DNA of 59,779 nt from NCBI GenBank assembly GCA_028705565.1, contig JAQWDH010000006.1:1-59779 (forward strand). The letters run 5' to 3'. A program made the position numbers and the translations under genes. Below the pieces are notes generated by a model, which was given only the letters and a program-made list of their open reading frames with translations, had not been told where the DNA came from and ran no database searches. Each line of letters begins with the position of its first letter. Position 1 is the first letter of the stretch. Positions 19,416-28,785 of the stretch are shown here, piece after piece. The stretch is from Patescibacteria group bacterium (GTDB taxonomy: Bacteria > Patescibacteriota > Patescibacteriia > Magasanikbacterales > GWA2-37-8).

Positions 19416-20756
19416 ATGAAAAATAAATTAATTAATTTTATAAAAAGCAATAAAGCGTTGGTGTTTATATTATTTTTTACTTTTATTTTTAGTCTGTTTT
19501 ATTCTTTCTACTTTAGAATAACACCAGCCGTAGATGCCAGGGGTTATGATAACATTGCCTTAAATATTGTAAGAGGCAATGGTTATAAAGAAGATATAAG
19601 CGCGAATATTTTGAGAGACAACGCCATAAATAGAATAGGCCCGTTATATGAATTTTTTTTAGCTGGAATTTATTATGTTTTTGGACATAATTATGAAGTT
19701 GTGTGGATATTCCAGTCCTTATTACGCGTCGTTACAGTGTGGTTGATTTTTTTAATTTGCACTTTAATTTTTGAAAAAAATGAAAATAAAAAAAAGATAG
19801 GACTGATTGCATCCGGAATTGTCGGTTTTTATCCAGATTTGATAGAAATTTCCGCAATGTTGATGACGGAAACTTTATATTTATTTTTGTTTTGTTTGAT
19901 GATTTATTTATTTTTTAAATATTTTAATAATAAAAGGATTCTTCCAGCCGTAATAATGGGAGTAGTTTTTGGTTTAGCGACCATGGCGCGTCCGCCTATT
20001 TTATTTTTAACTCCAGTGTTATTATTTTATTTTTATCGTAAAAAAATGATTGTTCCGGCGATTTTATTTTTTATTTCATTATCGTTTGTTTTTACACCCT
20101 GGACGGCGCGTAATTATAAAGTTTATCACGAATTTATGCCTTTTGGGGTAGCCGGTACTTATAATTTTTGGATCGGAAATTATCATGGAGCCAACGGCGA
20201 GCAGGAGCAGCCGTCAGAAGCGTTAAATTTTATAGCCAACCACGAGATAAAAGATTTGCAAAAAGAATCGTTAAAACAGATAAGACTTTTTTTATACAAT
20301 TATCCATGCGAATTTGTGAAGTTAACTTTTTTAAGAATTAATAAATATTTTAGCATAATTCGTCCCATGGGTTTTTGGTTTTACCAAACAGGTTTAGGAC
20401 AATTTATATTTTTATTTTTTTCAGCGGCAGCATCTCTCGTATTGTTTGTTTTTGGTTTGGCTGGAATAATAAAATCATTTTTATTAAAAAATGAATTTTT
20501 AAATTATTTATTTGCTTTTACAATAATAACGCCTTTAATTATTTTTGTTACAGTAGTAGAAACACGATACAGGTTTCAAATTTATCCATTACTATCTATA
20601 TTTGCCGGATATTTTATCGTTCAATTGACAAATAAGCCAAGAAAATTTATTGATAGCGCGTTATTGCTTTCCATATCTATTATTTTTTTAAATGGAGTTT
20701 TGGATTTAATTTTAAGCATAGACAGATTTAAAGAAAGAATAGGTTGGTTTTTTTAA
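19416..20756 (+). CDS. GT-C fold membrane glycosyltransferase (GT39/GT83, ArnT/PMT_2-like)
   Basis: 446-aa polytopic protein. The N-terminal loop ...AVDARGYDNIALNIVRGNGY...GPLYEFFLAGIYYVFG... resembles lipid-carrier-dependent glycosyltransferases. Confidence 0.7.
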   Translation: MKNKLINFIKSNKALVFILFFTFIFSLFYSFYFRITPAVDARGYDNIALNIVRGNGYKEDISANILRDNAINRIGPLYEFFLAGIYYVFGHNYEVVWIFQSLLRVVTVWLIFLICTLIFEKNENKKKIGLIASGIVGFYPDLIEISAMLMTETLYLFLFCLMIYLFFKYFNNKRILPAVIMGVVFGLATMARPPILFLTPVLLFYFYRKKMIVPAILFFISLSFVFTPWTARNYKVYHEFMPFGVAGTYNFWIGNYHGANGEQEQPSEALNFIANHEIKDLQKESLKQIRLFLYNYPCEFVKLTFLRINKYFSIIRPMGFWFYQTGLGQFIFLFFSAAASLVLFVFGLAGIIKSFLLKNEFLNYLFAFTIITPLIIFVTVVETRYRFQIYPLLSIFAGYFIVQLTNKPRKFIDSALLLSISIIFLNGVLDLILSIDRFKERIGWFF

Positions 20757-20782
20757 ATACTTCAAAATGCAATTAAATTTCT

Positions 20783-21928
20783 ATGAAATTAGTTTATATT
20801 GCCAACGTCAGATTACCAACTGAGAAAGCGCATGGATTGCAAATAATTAAAATGTGTGAAAATTTTGCAAAAGCAAGCAAATTTGGCGAGAATCTTGATG
20901 TGGAGCTTGTGGTGCCTAAAAGATTTAATCGTATTAAAGAAGACATTTTTTTATTTTATAATGTTAAGCGAAATTTTAAGATAACTAAAATTCCTTGTTT
21001 TGGTTTATTCTCTGCGAACGGTTTTTTGGGAATGATTTATTTTTTGACGCAGACGGTCAGTTTTTTATTTGTCGCGAGACTTCATTTGTTGTTTTCTCGT
21101 TTTGATATCTTGTACACGAGAGAACAAATAGCAGGATTATTTTATAAAAATTTTGTTTTAGAAATCCATTCATTGCCAAAAAAAATAACTTTTTTTCATA
21201 AAATAATTTGGCAAAGAGCAAACAAATTGGTCGTACTAACGAATTACATAAAGGAAATAATCGTTAAAAACGGGGTAGCAAACGATAAAATTTTGGTAGA
21301 GGCTGATGCGGTGGATTTAAATGAATTTGATATTCCAATAAGCCAAAAAGAAGCTAGAAAAAAAATCGGCTTGCCCTTAAATAAAAAAATAATTTTATAC
21401 GCAGGAAGCCTTACACTTTTTGACTGGAAAGGCGTGGACATCATTTTGCAAGCTGCAAAATTTATAAATAATAATTGCATGTTTGTTTTGGTTGGCGGTG
21501 AAAAATTAGAAATTGAGGCTTTAAAAAATAAATTTGACATAAAAGATAGTAACAATGTTTTGTTTGCGGGGCAAAAATCGCACAGTTTAATCCCTTTTTA
21601 TATAAAAGCCGCCGATGTGCTAACGCTACCAAATAAGGCTGGCGATGTTTGGTCGGAGTATTACACGTCCCCATTAAAATTATTTGAATATATGGCTGGA
21701 CGTCGGCCCATAGTTGCGTCTAACATACCGTCAATAAAGGAGATTTTAAACGTAAACAGCGCATTATTATTTGAGGCGAATAGCGCCGTTGATTTGGTTG
21801 AAAAAATCAATCTAATATTAGCAAATCAAGATTTAGGAAAAAAATTTGCTGATAACGCATATAAAATCGTAATGAATTTTACATGGAAAAAAAGAGCGCA
21901 AACCATTATTAATTTTATTAATTGTTAA
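20783..21928 (+). CDS. Glycosyltransferase family 4
   Basis: MKLVYIANVRLPTEKAHGLQI... at the N-terminus, and ...YYTSPLKLFEYMAGRRPIVASNIPSIKEIL... at the C-terminus. Confidence 0.75.
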   Translation: MKLVYIANVRLPTEKAHGLQIIKMCENFAKASKFGENLDVELVVPKRFNRIKEDIFLFYNVKRNFKITKIPCFGLFSANGFLGMIYFLTQTVSFLFVARLHLLFSRFDILYTREQIAGLFYKNFVLEIHSLPKKITFFHKIIWQRANKLVVLTNYIKEIIVKNGVANDKILVEADAVDLNEFDIPISQKEARKKIGLPLNKKIILYAGSLTLFDWKGVDIILQAAKFINNNCMFVLVGGEKLEIEALKNKFDIKDSNNVLFAGQKSHSLIPFYIKAADVLTLPNKAGDVWSEYYTSPLKLFEYMAGRRPIVASNIPSIKEILNVNSALLFEANSAVDLVEKINLILANQDLGKKFADNAYKIVMNFTWKKRAQTIINFINC

Positions 21929-21933
21929 AATTT

Positions 21934-22890
21934 ATGAAGATATCAATAGTTTTACCTGTTTATAATGAAGAAAAAAATATTCAAAATCTTTATACAGAGT
22001 TAAACATTGTTTTAAAAAATATAAAATCAGATTATTTGATTGAAAATTATGAAATTATTTTTGTGAATGACGGATCGCAAGATAACAGTTTGGAGATATT
22101 AAAAAATTTGGCAATTAAAGATAATTTTGTAAAAGTAATTGATTTTATAAATAATTTCGGTCAGACAGCTGCGTTGTCAGCCGGTATAAACGCGGCTTCT
22201 GGCGAAGTAATAATACCAATGGATGCCGATTCGCAGAATGACCCGAAAGATATCCATAAATTTATAGAAAAAATTAGCGAAGGGTTCAGTTTGGTATCCG
22301 GTTGGCGTAAAGACAGAAAGGATAGTTTGATTTTAAGGAAAATCCCATCAGTCGCGGCTAATTGGTTGATTGGATTGATAACCGGGGTTAAAATTCATGA
22401 TTATGGCTGTACCATCAAAGCTTATAGAAGAGAAATAATTCAAGGAGTTAATTTATATGGAGAGATGCATCGTTTTATAGCAGCTTATGCTGTTTGGCGT
22501 GGAGGTAAAATTACTGAAATTGTTGTTAATCATCGTCCAAGAATAAATGGTAAAACCAATTATGGCATTTTAAGAACCTTCAGCGTAATTCTTGATTTGA
22601 TAGTGGTAAAGTTTTTGTTTAAATATATGGACAGACCGATTCATTTTTTTGGAGGAATTGGTTTTTTTTCTTTTTCAATAGGGTTTTTTTTCGGTTTATT
22701 TGCGATGTTATTGCGTATTTTTTACAATGTCCATATTATACAAACACCGTTACCAATTTTATCCGCTTTGTTTATTATGGTAGGAGTACAATTTATTATT
22801 ATGGGGGTGGTGGCTGAAATGCTTACGAGGATTTATTACGAATCCCAAAATAAAAATCCTTTTGTAATTAAGGAAAAAATAAACTTTTAG
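21934..22890 (+). CDS. Glycosyltransferase family 2, polyprenyl-phosphate sugar synthase type (GtrB/ArnC/Dpm1-like) with two C-terminal TM helices
   Basis: MKISIVLPVYNEEKNI, IFVNDGSQDNS, PMDADSQNDPKD, then two hydrophobic helices (FFGGIGFFSFSIGFFFGLFAML; LSALFIMVGVQFIIMGVVAEML). The track start at 21922 is a TTG overlapping the upstream stop. Confidence 0.85.
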   Translation: MKISIVLPVYNEEKNIQNLYTELNIVLKNIKSDYLIENYEIIFVNDGSQDNSLEILKNLAIKDNFVKVIDFINNFGQTAALSAGINAASGEVIIPMDADSQNDPKDIHKFIEKISEGFSLVSGWRKDRKDSLILRKIPSVAANWLIGLITGVKIHDYGCTIKAYRREIIQGVNLYGEMHRFIAAYAVWRGGKITEIVVNHRPRINGKTNYGILRTFSVILDLIVVKFLFKYMDRPIHFFGGIGFFSFSIGFFFGLFAMLLRIFYNVHIIQTPLPILSALFIMVGVQFIIMGVVAEMLTRIYYESQNKNPFVIKEKINF

Positions 22891-22909
22891 TAAGTTATTA
22901 TGATAAGGT

Positions 22910-24781
22910 ATGTGCGGTATCGCCGGTTTTGTCGGTGCAGGTAATCGACAGATTTTAGAAAAGATGGTTGAATCTATCAAATATCGCGGTCCAGATGACC
23001 GCGGCTTTCTTGTTAAGAACAATGTTGGGCTTGGACATGCTCGTTTAAGTATTATTGATTTGAGTTTTGCCGGGCGACAACCGATGTCTAATTATCAAGA
23101 AACAGTGTGGTTGGTTTTTAATGGTGAAATTTATAATTTTAAAGAATTACGCATAGAGCTGCTCAAAACCGGAAAGTATACTTTTAAAAGTCAAACCGAC
23201 ACAGAAGCGCTTATTTATTTATACGAAGAATACGGAATTTCTTTTTTGAAAAAACTAAACGGCATGTTTGCCATTGCGTTATATGATTTTAAAATTGGTA
23301 AATTGATTTTAGCTCGTGACAGGATTGGAAAAAAACCATTATATTGGGGGTTGTTTAATTCCACTTTAATTTTTGGTTCCGAGCTCAAAGCGATTTTGGA
23401 ACACCCGATAACTAAAAAAGAAATTGATTTTAATTCATTTAATCAATACTTAACTTTTGAATATGTTCCGACCCCGCACAGTATTTTAAAATCAATTTAT
23501 AAATTAGAGCCGGCCACTTCTTTGGTTTTTCAAGGAGGTAAAATTAAAAAAGAAAAATTTTGGAAATTAGATTTTAACGAAAAACCCGTTTCATTTAACG
23601 AAGCCCTAAGCACAGTTGATAGTTTATTGAACCAAGCCGTAAAAAGCAGATTGATGGCCGATGTGCCAATAGGTATTTTTTTAAGTGGCGGCCTAGATAG
23701 TTCTACAATAGCTTACTATGCGCAAAAAAATAGCAGTAAAAAAATTAAAACTTTTTCAGTTGGTTTTGAAGAAAAAAGTTTTGATGAATCTGCATACGCT
23801 AAAATTATATCTAATTTTTTAGGAACAGAACATCACTGTAGCCTTTTTACTTCAAAAGAAATACTTGACACAATCCCTTATATAATAAGTTTGTTGGATG
23901 AACCTTTGGCAGATGTTTCGTTGTTGCCTACGTTTTTTCTGTCACATTATGCTAAGCGATACGTAACAGTGGCTTTAGGGGGTGATGGGGGTGATGAATT
24001 ATTTGCCGGTTATCCAACGTTTCAAGCTGAAAATGTAGTTGAAATTTATAAGAAACTTCCTCATTACTTAAGAAAAAAAATAATTGAAAAAATTATTAAT
24101 TTATTACCGATTCGTGATTCTAATTTTAGTTTTGATTTTAAGTTAAAAAAATTTGTGAGCGGTGTTTATAGCGACCAAAACCGCCGACATTTTAATTGGC
24201 TCGGAAGTTTTAACAAAAGCGAACTAGATCAATTGTTAAGTAGCGAGATCAGGCAAGAAATCAAAAATAAAAATGAATATTCGTCTGTTGACCAATATTA
24301 TTATGAAGCGAAAGAAGCGAGTTTTAACAATAAATTACTTTATTTATACCTAAGAACTTATTTAATGGACGATGTGTTGGTAAAAGTTGACCGAGCCAGC
24401 ATGTATAATGCTTTAGAAGTACGAGCGCCTTTTTTAGATTTTAATTTAGTTGAATTTTTGGCTAAATTATCATATAATTATAAATACCGACATTTTCAAA
24501 CTAAGTATATATTAAAAAAACTAATGATAGATAAATTGCCAAAAAATATTGTTTTTAGACAAAAGAAAGGGTTTGGCATTCCTCTTGCAAAATGGCTGAA
24601 GGCGGATTTAAAAGAATTATGCGAAGATCTTTTATCAAAAAATAATATAGAAAAAGACGGTTTTTTAAATTTTGAATATATAACTAAACTAAAGCAGGAT
24701 CATTATTCCGGCATGCGCGATAATCATAAACAAATTTGGACATTGATGGTTTGGCAAATGTGGAAAAAAAATTGGCTGTAA
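22910..24781 (+). CDS. Asparagine synthase (glutamine-hydrolysing) family amidotransferase
   Basis: N-terminal nucleophile MCGIAGF, GHARLSIID and FNGEIYN in the Ntn glutaminase domain, and a SGGLDSS PP-loop in the synthetase domain. Size is 623 aa. Confidence 0.9.
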   Translation: MCGIAGFVGAGNRQILEKMVESIKYRGPDDRGFLVKNNVGLGHARLSIIDLSFAGRQPMSNYQETVWLVFNGEIYNFKELRIELLKTGKYTFKSQTDTEALIYLYEEYGISFLKKLNGMFAIALYDFKIGKLILARDRIGKKPLYWGLFNSTLIFGSELKAILEHPITKKEIDFNSFNQYLTFEYVPTPHSILKSIYKLEPATSLVFQGGKIKKEKFWKLDFNEKPVSFNEALSTVDSLLNQAVKSRLMADVPIGIFLSGGLDSSTIAYYAQKNSSKKIKTFSVGFEEKSFDESAYAKIISNFLGTEHHCSLFTSKEILDTIPYIISLLDEPLADVSLLPTFFLSHYAKRYVTVALGGDGGDELFAGYPTFQAENVVEIYKKLPHYLRKKIIEKIINLLPIRDSNFSFDFKLKKFVSGVYSDQNRRHFNWLGSFNKSELDQLLSSEIRQEIKNKNEYSSVDQYYYEAKEASFNNKLLYLYLRTYLMDDVLVKVDRASMYNALEVRAPFLDFNLVEFLAKLSYNYKYRHFQTKYILKKLMIDKLPKNIVFRQKKGFGIPLAKWLKADLKELCEDLLSKNNIEKDGFLNFEYITKLKQDHYSGMRDNHKQIWTLMVWQMWKKNWL

Positions 24782-24847
24782 AATTTACAAAAGAAGTCGA
24801 AAGTCGCAATATCATGTTTAAAGTAAAACAAAAATTTTTCAATAAGT

Positions 24848-25684
24848 ATGAATGATATTTTATTAAATAACGACAATAATTCCGAAAAAATTGTTTATAG
24901 ACCATGGCTTCAGTTTGTGAACAAAAAATTTATGGTTAAAGATAACCAGTTTTTCTTTATTGAATGTCAAAATGTCGGTTTTACGCAAGGAAGCAATGAT
25001 TTAATTGTAAATAAATTAAAATTATTATTTAAAAAGTTTCCAAAATTATTTAATTTAGTTTATATTCTTTTTGGTGTAATTTTTATTGGAAGAAACGCGC
25101 AATATGCGATAAGAGCAATTGGAACCAGTGGTTTGATTTTGAATTTGGGCTCCGGGGTTAAGAAAATACGAAAAGATGTGGTCAATGTTGATTTTTATCC
25201 ATTTGATGGAGTTGATATTGTCGCTGATATATCGGAGTTGCCTTTTATTGATAACTCAGTTGACGCGGTTGTTAGTGAGTTTGTTTTGGAGCATTTACCT
25301 AATCCAGAAAAAGTTGTTAAGGAGATGTTTCGCGTATTGAAGCCCGGAGGAATATTATATATTTCCGTACCGTTTGTGGCCAGTTTTCATTCCTCGCCAA
25401 ATGATTTTTTCCGTTGGAGCAAACAAGGTTTAAGAGTATTGCTTAAAGATTTTCAGGAAATAGAAAGCGGTATTAGATGCGGTCCGACATCCGCTTTAGT
25501 TTATGTAATAAGTGAATGGCTTAGCACTGTTTTAAGTTTTGGTATGACAAAAATTCAGCAGATTCTTTTTATGATTTTTATGATATGTTTTTCTCCTTTA
25601 AAATTGTTGGATTTTGTAATTTCAAAGGCGCCAAGTAGCGAGAACATCGCTTATGGTTTTTATTTTATTGGTAAAAAAATATGA
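24848..25684 (+). CDS. Class I SAM-dependent methyltransferase (paralog of 10769-11389)
   Basis: ILNLGSG motif I and ...AVVSEFVLEHLPNPEKVVKEMFRVLKPGGILYISVPF..., colinear with the 10769 methyltransferase. Confidence 0.8.
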   Translation: MNDILLNNDNNSEKIVYRPWLQFVNKKFMVKDNQFFFIECQNVGFTQGSNDLIVNKLKLLFKKFPKLFNLVYILFGVIFIGRNAQYAIRAIGTSGLILNLGSGVKKIRKDVVNVDFYPFDGVDIVADISELPFIDNSVDAVVSEFVLEHLPNPEKVVKEMFRVLKPGGILYISVPFVASFHSSPNDFFRWSKQGLRVLLKDFQEIESGIRCGPTSALVYVISEWLSTVLSFGMTKIQQILFMIFMICFSPLKLLDFVISKAPSSENIAYGFYFIGKKI

Positions 25685-27096
25685 ATATAGCTTTAATTAC
25701 CCCTCCCTATGATTTAATAAGGAAAGGATATGGATCCAAAAAGTTTATTAAAATTGGATTTTTTCCTCCTTTGGGAGTAGGATATTTAGCCACCCCATTA
25801 TTAAAAAAGGGTCACAAGGTTAAAATAATTGATTGTCCGCCGTTAGAGTATCAGAATGAAGATGTTAAAAGAGAGTTAATTAATTTTAAAGTAGATCTTA
25901 TCGGAGTTTCATCTTTAACCGCTTCAGCGCAAGAGGCCTATTCTTTGATTAAATTTCTTAAGGATAGTTTTCCAAAAGTTCCGATAATTTTTGGTGGTGC
26001 CCACGTAAGCTGTTTTTCAGAAATTATTACAAAGGAAGTGCCGATGGTTGATTGCCTTTGTTATGGCGAATCGGAAACAATCCTAACAAAAATAGTAGAT
26101 TCTTTTGAAAAAGACGGTAAAATAGACAAAAACATACCAGGCACAATGTTTAAAAATGAATGTGGAAATTTTGTTAGGAATTCGCCAATGATGCCTATAA
26201 TGAATTTAGACGAGATATTGCCTCCCGCATACGAACTTTACGATTATAAAATTTACAGCCCGCTTCCTTTGCAGTATAAAAAATATCCAGTGGCTAATGT
26301 TATTACATCCAGGGGGTGTCCGTGGGGAAGATGTACTTTTTGTTTCTCTTCGGGAAAGGCGTCTCAAATATATAGACGACACAGCCCGAGCCGAGTGATT
26401 AATGAATTGAAAATTTTAGTCAATGAGTTAGGAATAAAAGAAGTAACATTTTGGGACGATAATTTTTTGATAAATGAAGTTTGGATAAATGAATTTTGCG
26501 ATCTTTTAGATCGTTCCGGGTTAAATATTCCTTGGTCAGCTTGCGGCAGAGTAAACACAGTTACAAAATCAATGTTGGAAAGATCTAAAAGGTCAGGCCT
26601 TTGGTGTGTTTTTTACGGATTTGAAACTGGAAACGAAGATTTACTTTTACGTATAAAAAAAGGCGCAACGTTAGACCAAGCCAGGCAAGCTGTAAAATGG
26701 ACTAAAAATTTAGGCATAGACATCCGCGGATCATTTATGTTGGCCTTGCCTGGCGAAACTCCAGAAAAAGCCCACAAAACGATTAGATTTGCTAAAGAAT
26801 TAGATGTGCCGTTTGCTCATTTTTTATTAACTTTTCCAGAGTGGGGGACAAAATTATATGATGATGCCATTAAAAGCGGACAAGTGGTTAACTCGTACAA
26901 GGGAAGAACAGGAGTCACATACATTCCGGAAGGATATAAGGATGCGGATGAAGTAAGAAATATGCAAAAAGAAGCTTATAGGTCGTTTTATTTTCGTCCA
27001 TCATTTATTTGGAAACATTTTAAAAGATTAAAAAGTATTGATATTGTTAAGCAGTACTATAAAGGTTTAAAATATATTTTAGGAATTAGCCAATAA
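25681..27096 (+). CDS. B12-binding-domain radical SAM protein (paralog E), CX4CX2C motif
   Basis: IFGGAHVSCF and CYGESETILTKI. The cluster motif is TSRGCPWGRCTFCF (26317-26343), followed by ALPGET. ATGA overlap with the upstream methyltransferase. Confidence 0.8.
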   Translation: MNIALITPPYDLIRKGYGSKKFIKIGFFPPLGVGYLATPLLKKGHKVKIIDCPPLEYQNEDVKRELINFKVDLIGVSSLTASAQEAYSLIKFLKDSFPKVPIIFGGAHVSCFSEIITKEVPMVDCLCYGESETILTKIVDSFEKDGKIDKNIPGTMFKNECGNFVRNSPMMPIMNLDEILPPAYELYDYKIYSPLPLQYKKYPVANVITSRGCPWGRCTFCFSSGKASQIYRRHSPSRVINELKILVNELGIKEVTFWDDNFLINEVWINEFCDLLDRSGLNIPWSACGRVNTVTKSMLERSKRSGLWCVFYGFETGNEDLLLRIKKGATLDQARQAVKWTKNLGIDIRGSFMLALPGETPEKAHKTIRFAKELDVPFAHFLLTFPEWGTKLYDDAIKSGQVVNSYKGRTGVTYIPEGYKDADEVRNMQKEAYRSFYFRPSFIWKHFKRLKSIDIVKQYYKGLKYILGISQ

Positions 27097-27099
27097 TTT

Positions 27100-28785
27100 A
27101 TGAAATTAAAAGAAAATAAAATTTTATTTATAATTCTATTGATAGCCTTTTTTTTACGTTTAGGAGGGATTTTTCACGGTTACCCTTTGATGGTTTTTAG
27201 TGATGAAGGCGCAACATTGTTGGCTAGTTTAAAAATGATAGGTACTTTTTCTCTGCGCGCTGGCAATGCATTAGGTTATTATTATCCAGCTCTGCTTTCT
27301 TATGTTTTTCTACCATTTCTTTCTTTTTTTATTGGTATTTGTCGATGGTTGGGGGTTTTTACCGATATTCAGCAGATTAAAGAAACTGTACTTTTAAATA
27401 TAGGGTTTTTTGCTCCTCTAATAAGACTCGTCTCAGTATTATTCGGAACAGCTACGGTTTATTTGGTGTATAGAATAACTAAGGCATTATTTAATAAATC
27501 AATTGTTAGTTTATTGGCGGCCTGGTTTTTGGCCGTAAGTTTTTATCATTCTGGTGTTTCTCATTATGGTAATACTTGGACAATCCAGACCTTTTTCTAT
27601 TTGTTAGTGCTTCTTTGGGCCATAAATTTTTTAAAAAAATCAACTATTTCTTTTAGGGATTATATTTATGGAGCCTTGTTGGTTGGTTTATCATTTGGAA
27701 TCAATTTTGTCGGTATCATAACTTATACTTGGTTTTTAATTGTTCATTTTTTAAAAAATAGAAACAAAAATTTAATAAATACCTTTTTAATAAATAAAAA
27801 TTTTTGGCTGGCAAATTTTATTTTATTAGCCTTTATCGCCATCATTTATTGGTTAAATCCCGCAGGTTTAAATAATTATTTTAATAGAATAACCGTATCG
27901 GTTCCGCGAGATAACTACGCTTCGTATCAGTTGTTTCATGCCAGCACCCTGTCCGGCTTATTTTTTTATCTTAAGAATGTGTTTTTTGTAGAGCCTTTCC
28001 TCTGTGTATTTTTTTTGGTGGGCAGTTGGATGTTGTGGAAAAAAGAAAAGACGGCATTTCTATTGGTTTCTGTCGGCGCTCTGCTCTATTTGGCATTATT
28101 ATCGCCGCAGACTGGATTGTTAATTAGATATGCTTTGCCGCTAGACCCATTGTTAGCTATTGTTTCAGCCTATTTTTTATATGAACTTTTTAGTGTTTAC
28201 AGTAAAAAATTAGGCATAATTTTATTAGTTGTTGCTTCGCTTTATGTGTTGATGTTTGGCGTATTATTTAATTTACGTTTAATGAAAATTGACACAAGAG
28301 TGTTGGCTAGAAATTGGATATTAAGCGATCTGCCGTCAGGATCAAGTATCAAAAATTATGATTTAGCGGATGAAATAAATTTAATAGAAGATAAGGCCAG
28401 CATTAATTTGATACAAAATTATTTGCCAGGACTACTTTCTACAAGGAGGAAATATTTGTTTGCTTTGGAAGAATATCAATATCCAAAACCGAATTTTTTT
28501 GTTTTAAATTATGAATTACCGGCTGGAATTTTACCAAAAACTGATTATATTATTTTAAGCGATATTGAAAAAAAAGATTTGGATAGTAAAGCAGGGACGA
28601 TTTTGGATGAGTATTCTTTAATTAAGCGTTTTTATCCTGTAGAAACGCCAATTAATGGTGTTTGGCCCGGTTATTATGAACTTGGAGCCCCTTTTAATCA
28701 CTCTATGTTTAAACCGTTAATGTTATTTAGATTGTATGGCATGGGACCGTATGTTGAAATTTATAAAATAAAATCATCGGAATGA
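27100..28785 (+). CDS. GT-C fold membrane glycosyltransferase (GT39-like, lipid-carrier dependent)
   Basis: 561-aa polytopic protein. The N-terminus ILFIILLIAFFLRLGGIFHGYPLMVFSDEGATLL... shows the first-loop acidic motif typical of the family, and a soluble C-terminal domain follows. Confidence 0.65.
   Translation: MKLKENKILFIILLIAFFLRLGGIFHGYPLMVFSDEGATLLASLKMIGTFSLRAGNALGYYYPALLSYVFLPFLSFFIGICRWLGVFTDIQQIKETVLLNIGFFAPLIRLVSVLFGTATVYLVYRITKALFNKSIVSLLAAWFLAVSFYHSGVSHYGNTWTIQTFFYLLVLLWAINFLKKSTISFRDYIYGALLVGLSFGINFVGIITYTWFLIVHFLKNRNKNLINTFLINKNFWLANFILLAFIAIIYWLNPAGLNNYFNRITVSVPRDNYASYQLFHASTLSGLFFYLKNVFFVEPFLCVFFLVGSWMLWKKEKTAFLLVSVGALLYLALLSPQTGLLIRYALPLDPLLAIVSAYFLYELFSVYSKKLGIILLVVASLYVLMFGVLFNLRLMKIDTRVLARNWILSDLPSGSSIKNYDLADEINLIEDKASINLIQNYLPGLLSTRRKYLFALEEYQYPKPNFFVLNYELPAGILPKTDYIILSDIEKKDLDSKAGTILDEYSLIKRFYPVETPINGVWPGYYELGAPFNHSMFKPLMLFRLYGMGPYVEIYKIKSSE

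Noticed and set aside
24794-24806. Short direct repeat AAGTCG-A-AAGTCG in the 24782-24847 spacer.
   Set aside because: Only 6 nt are repeated once, with no associated hairpin or promoter-like boxes. This is likely chance.
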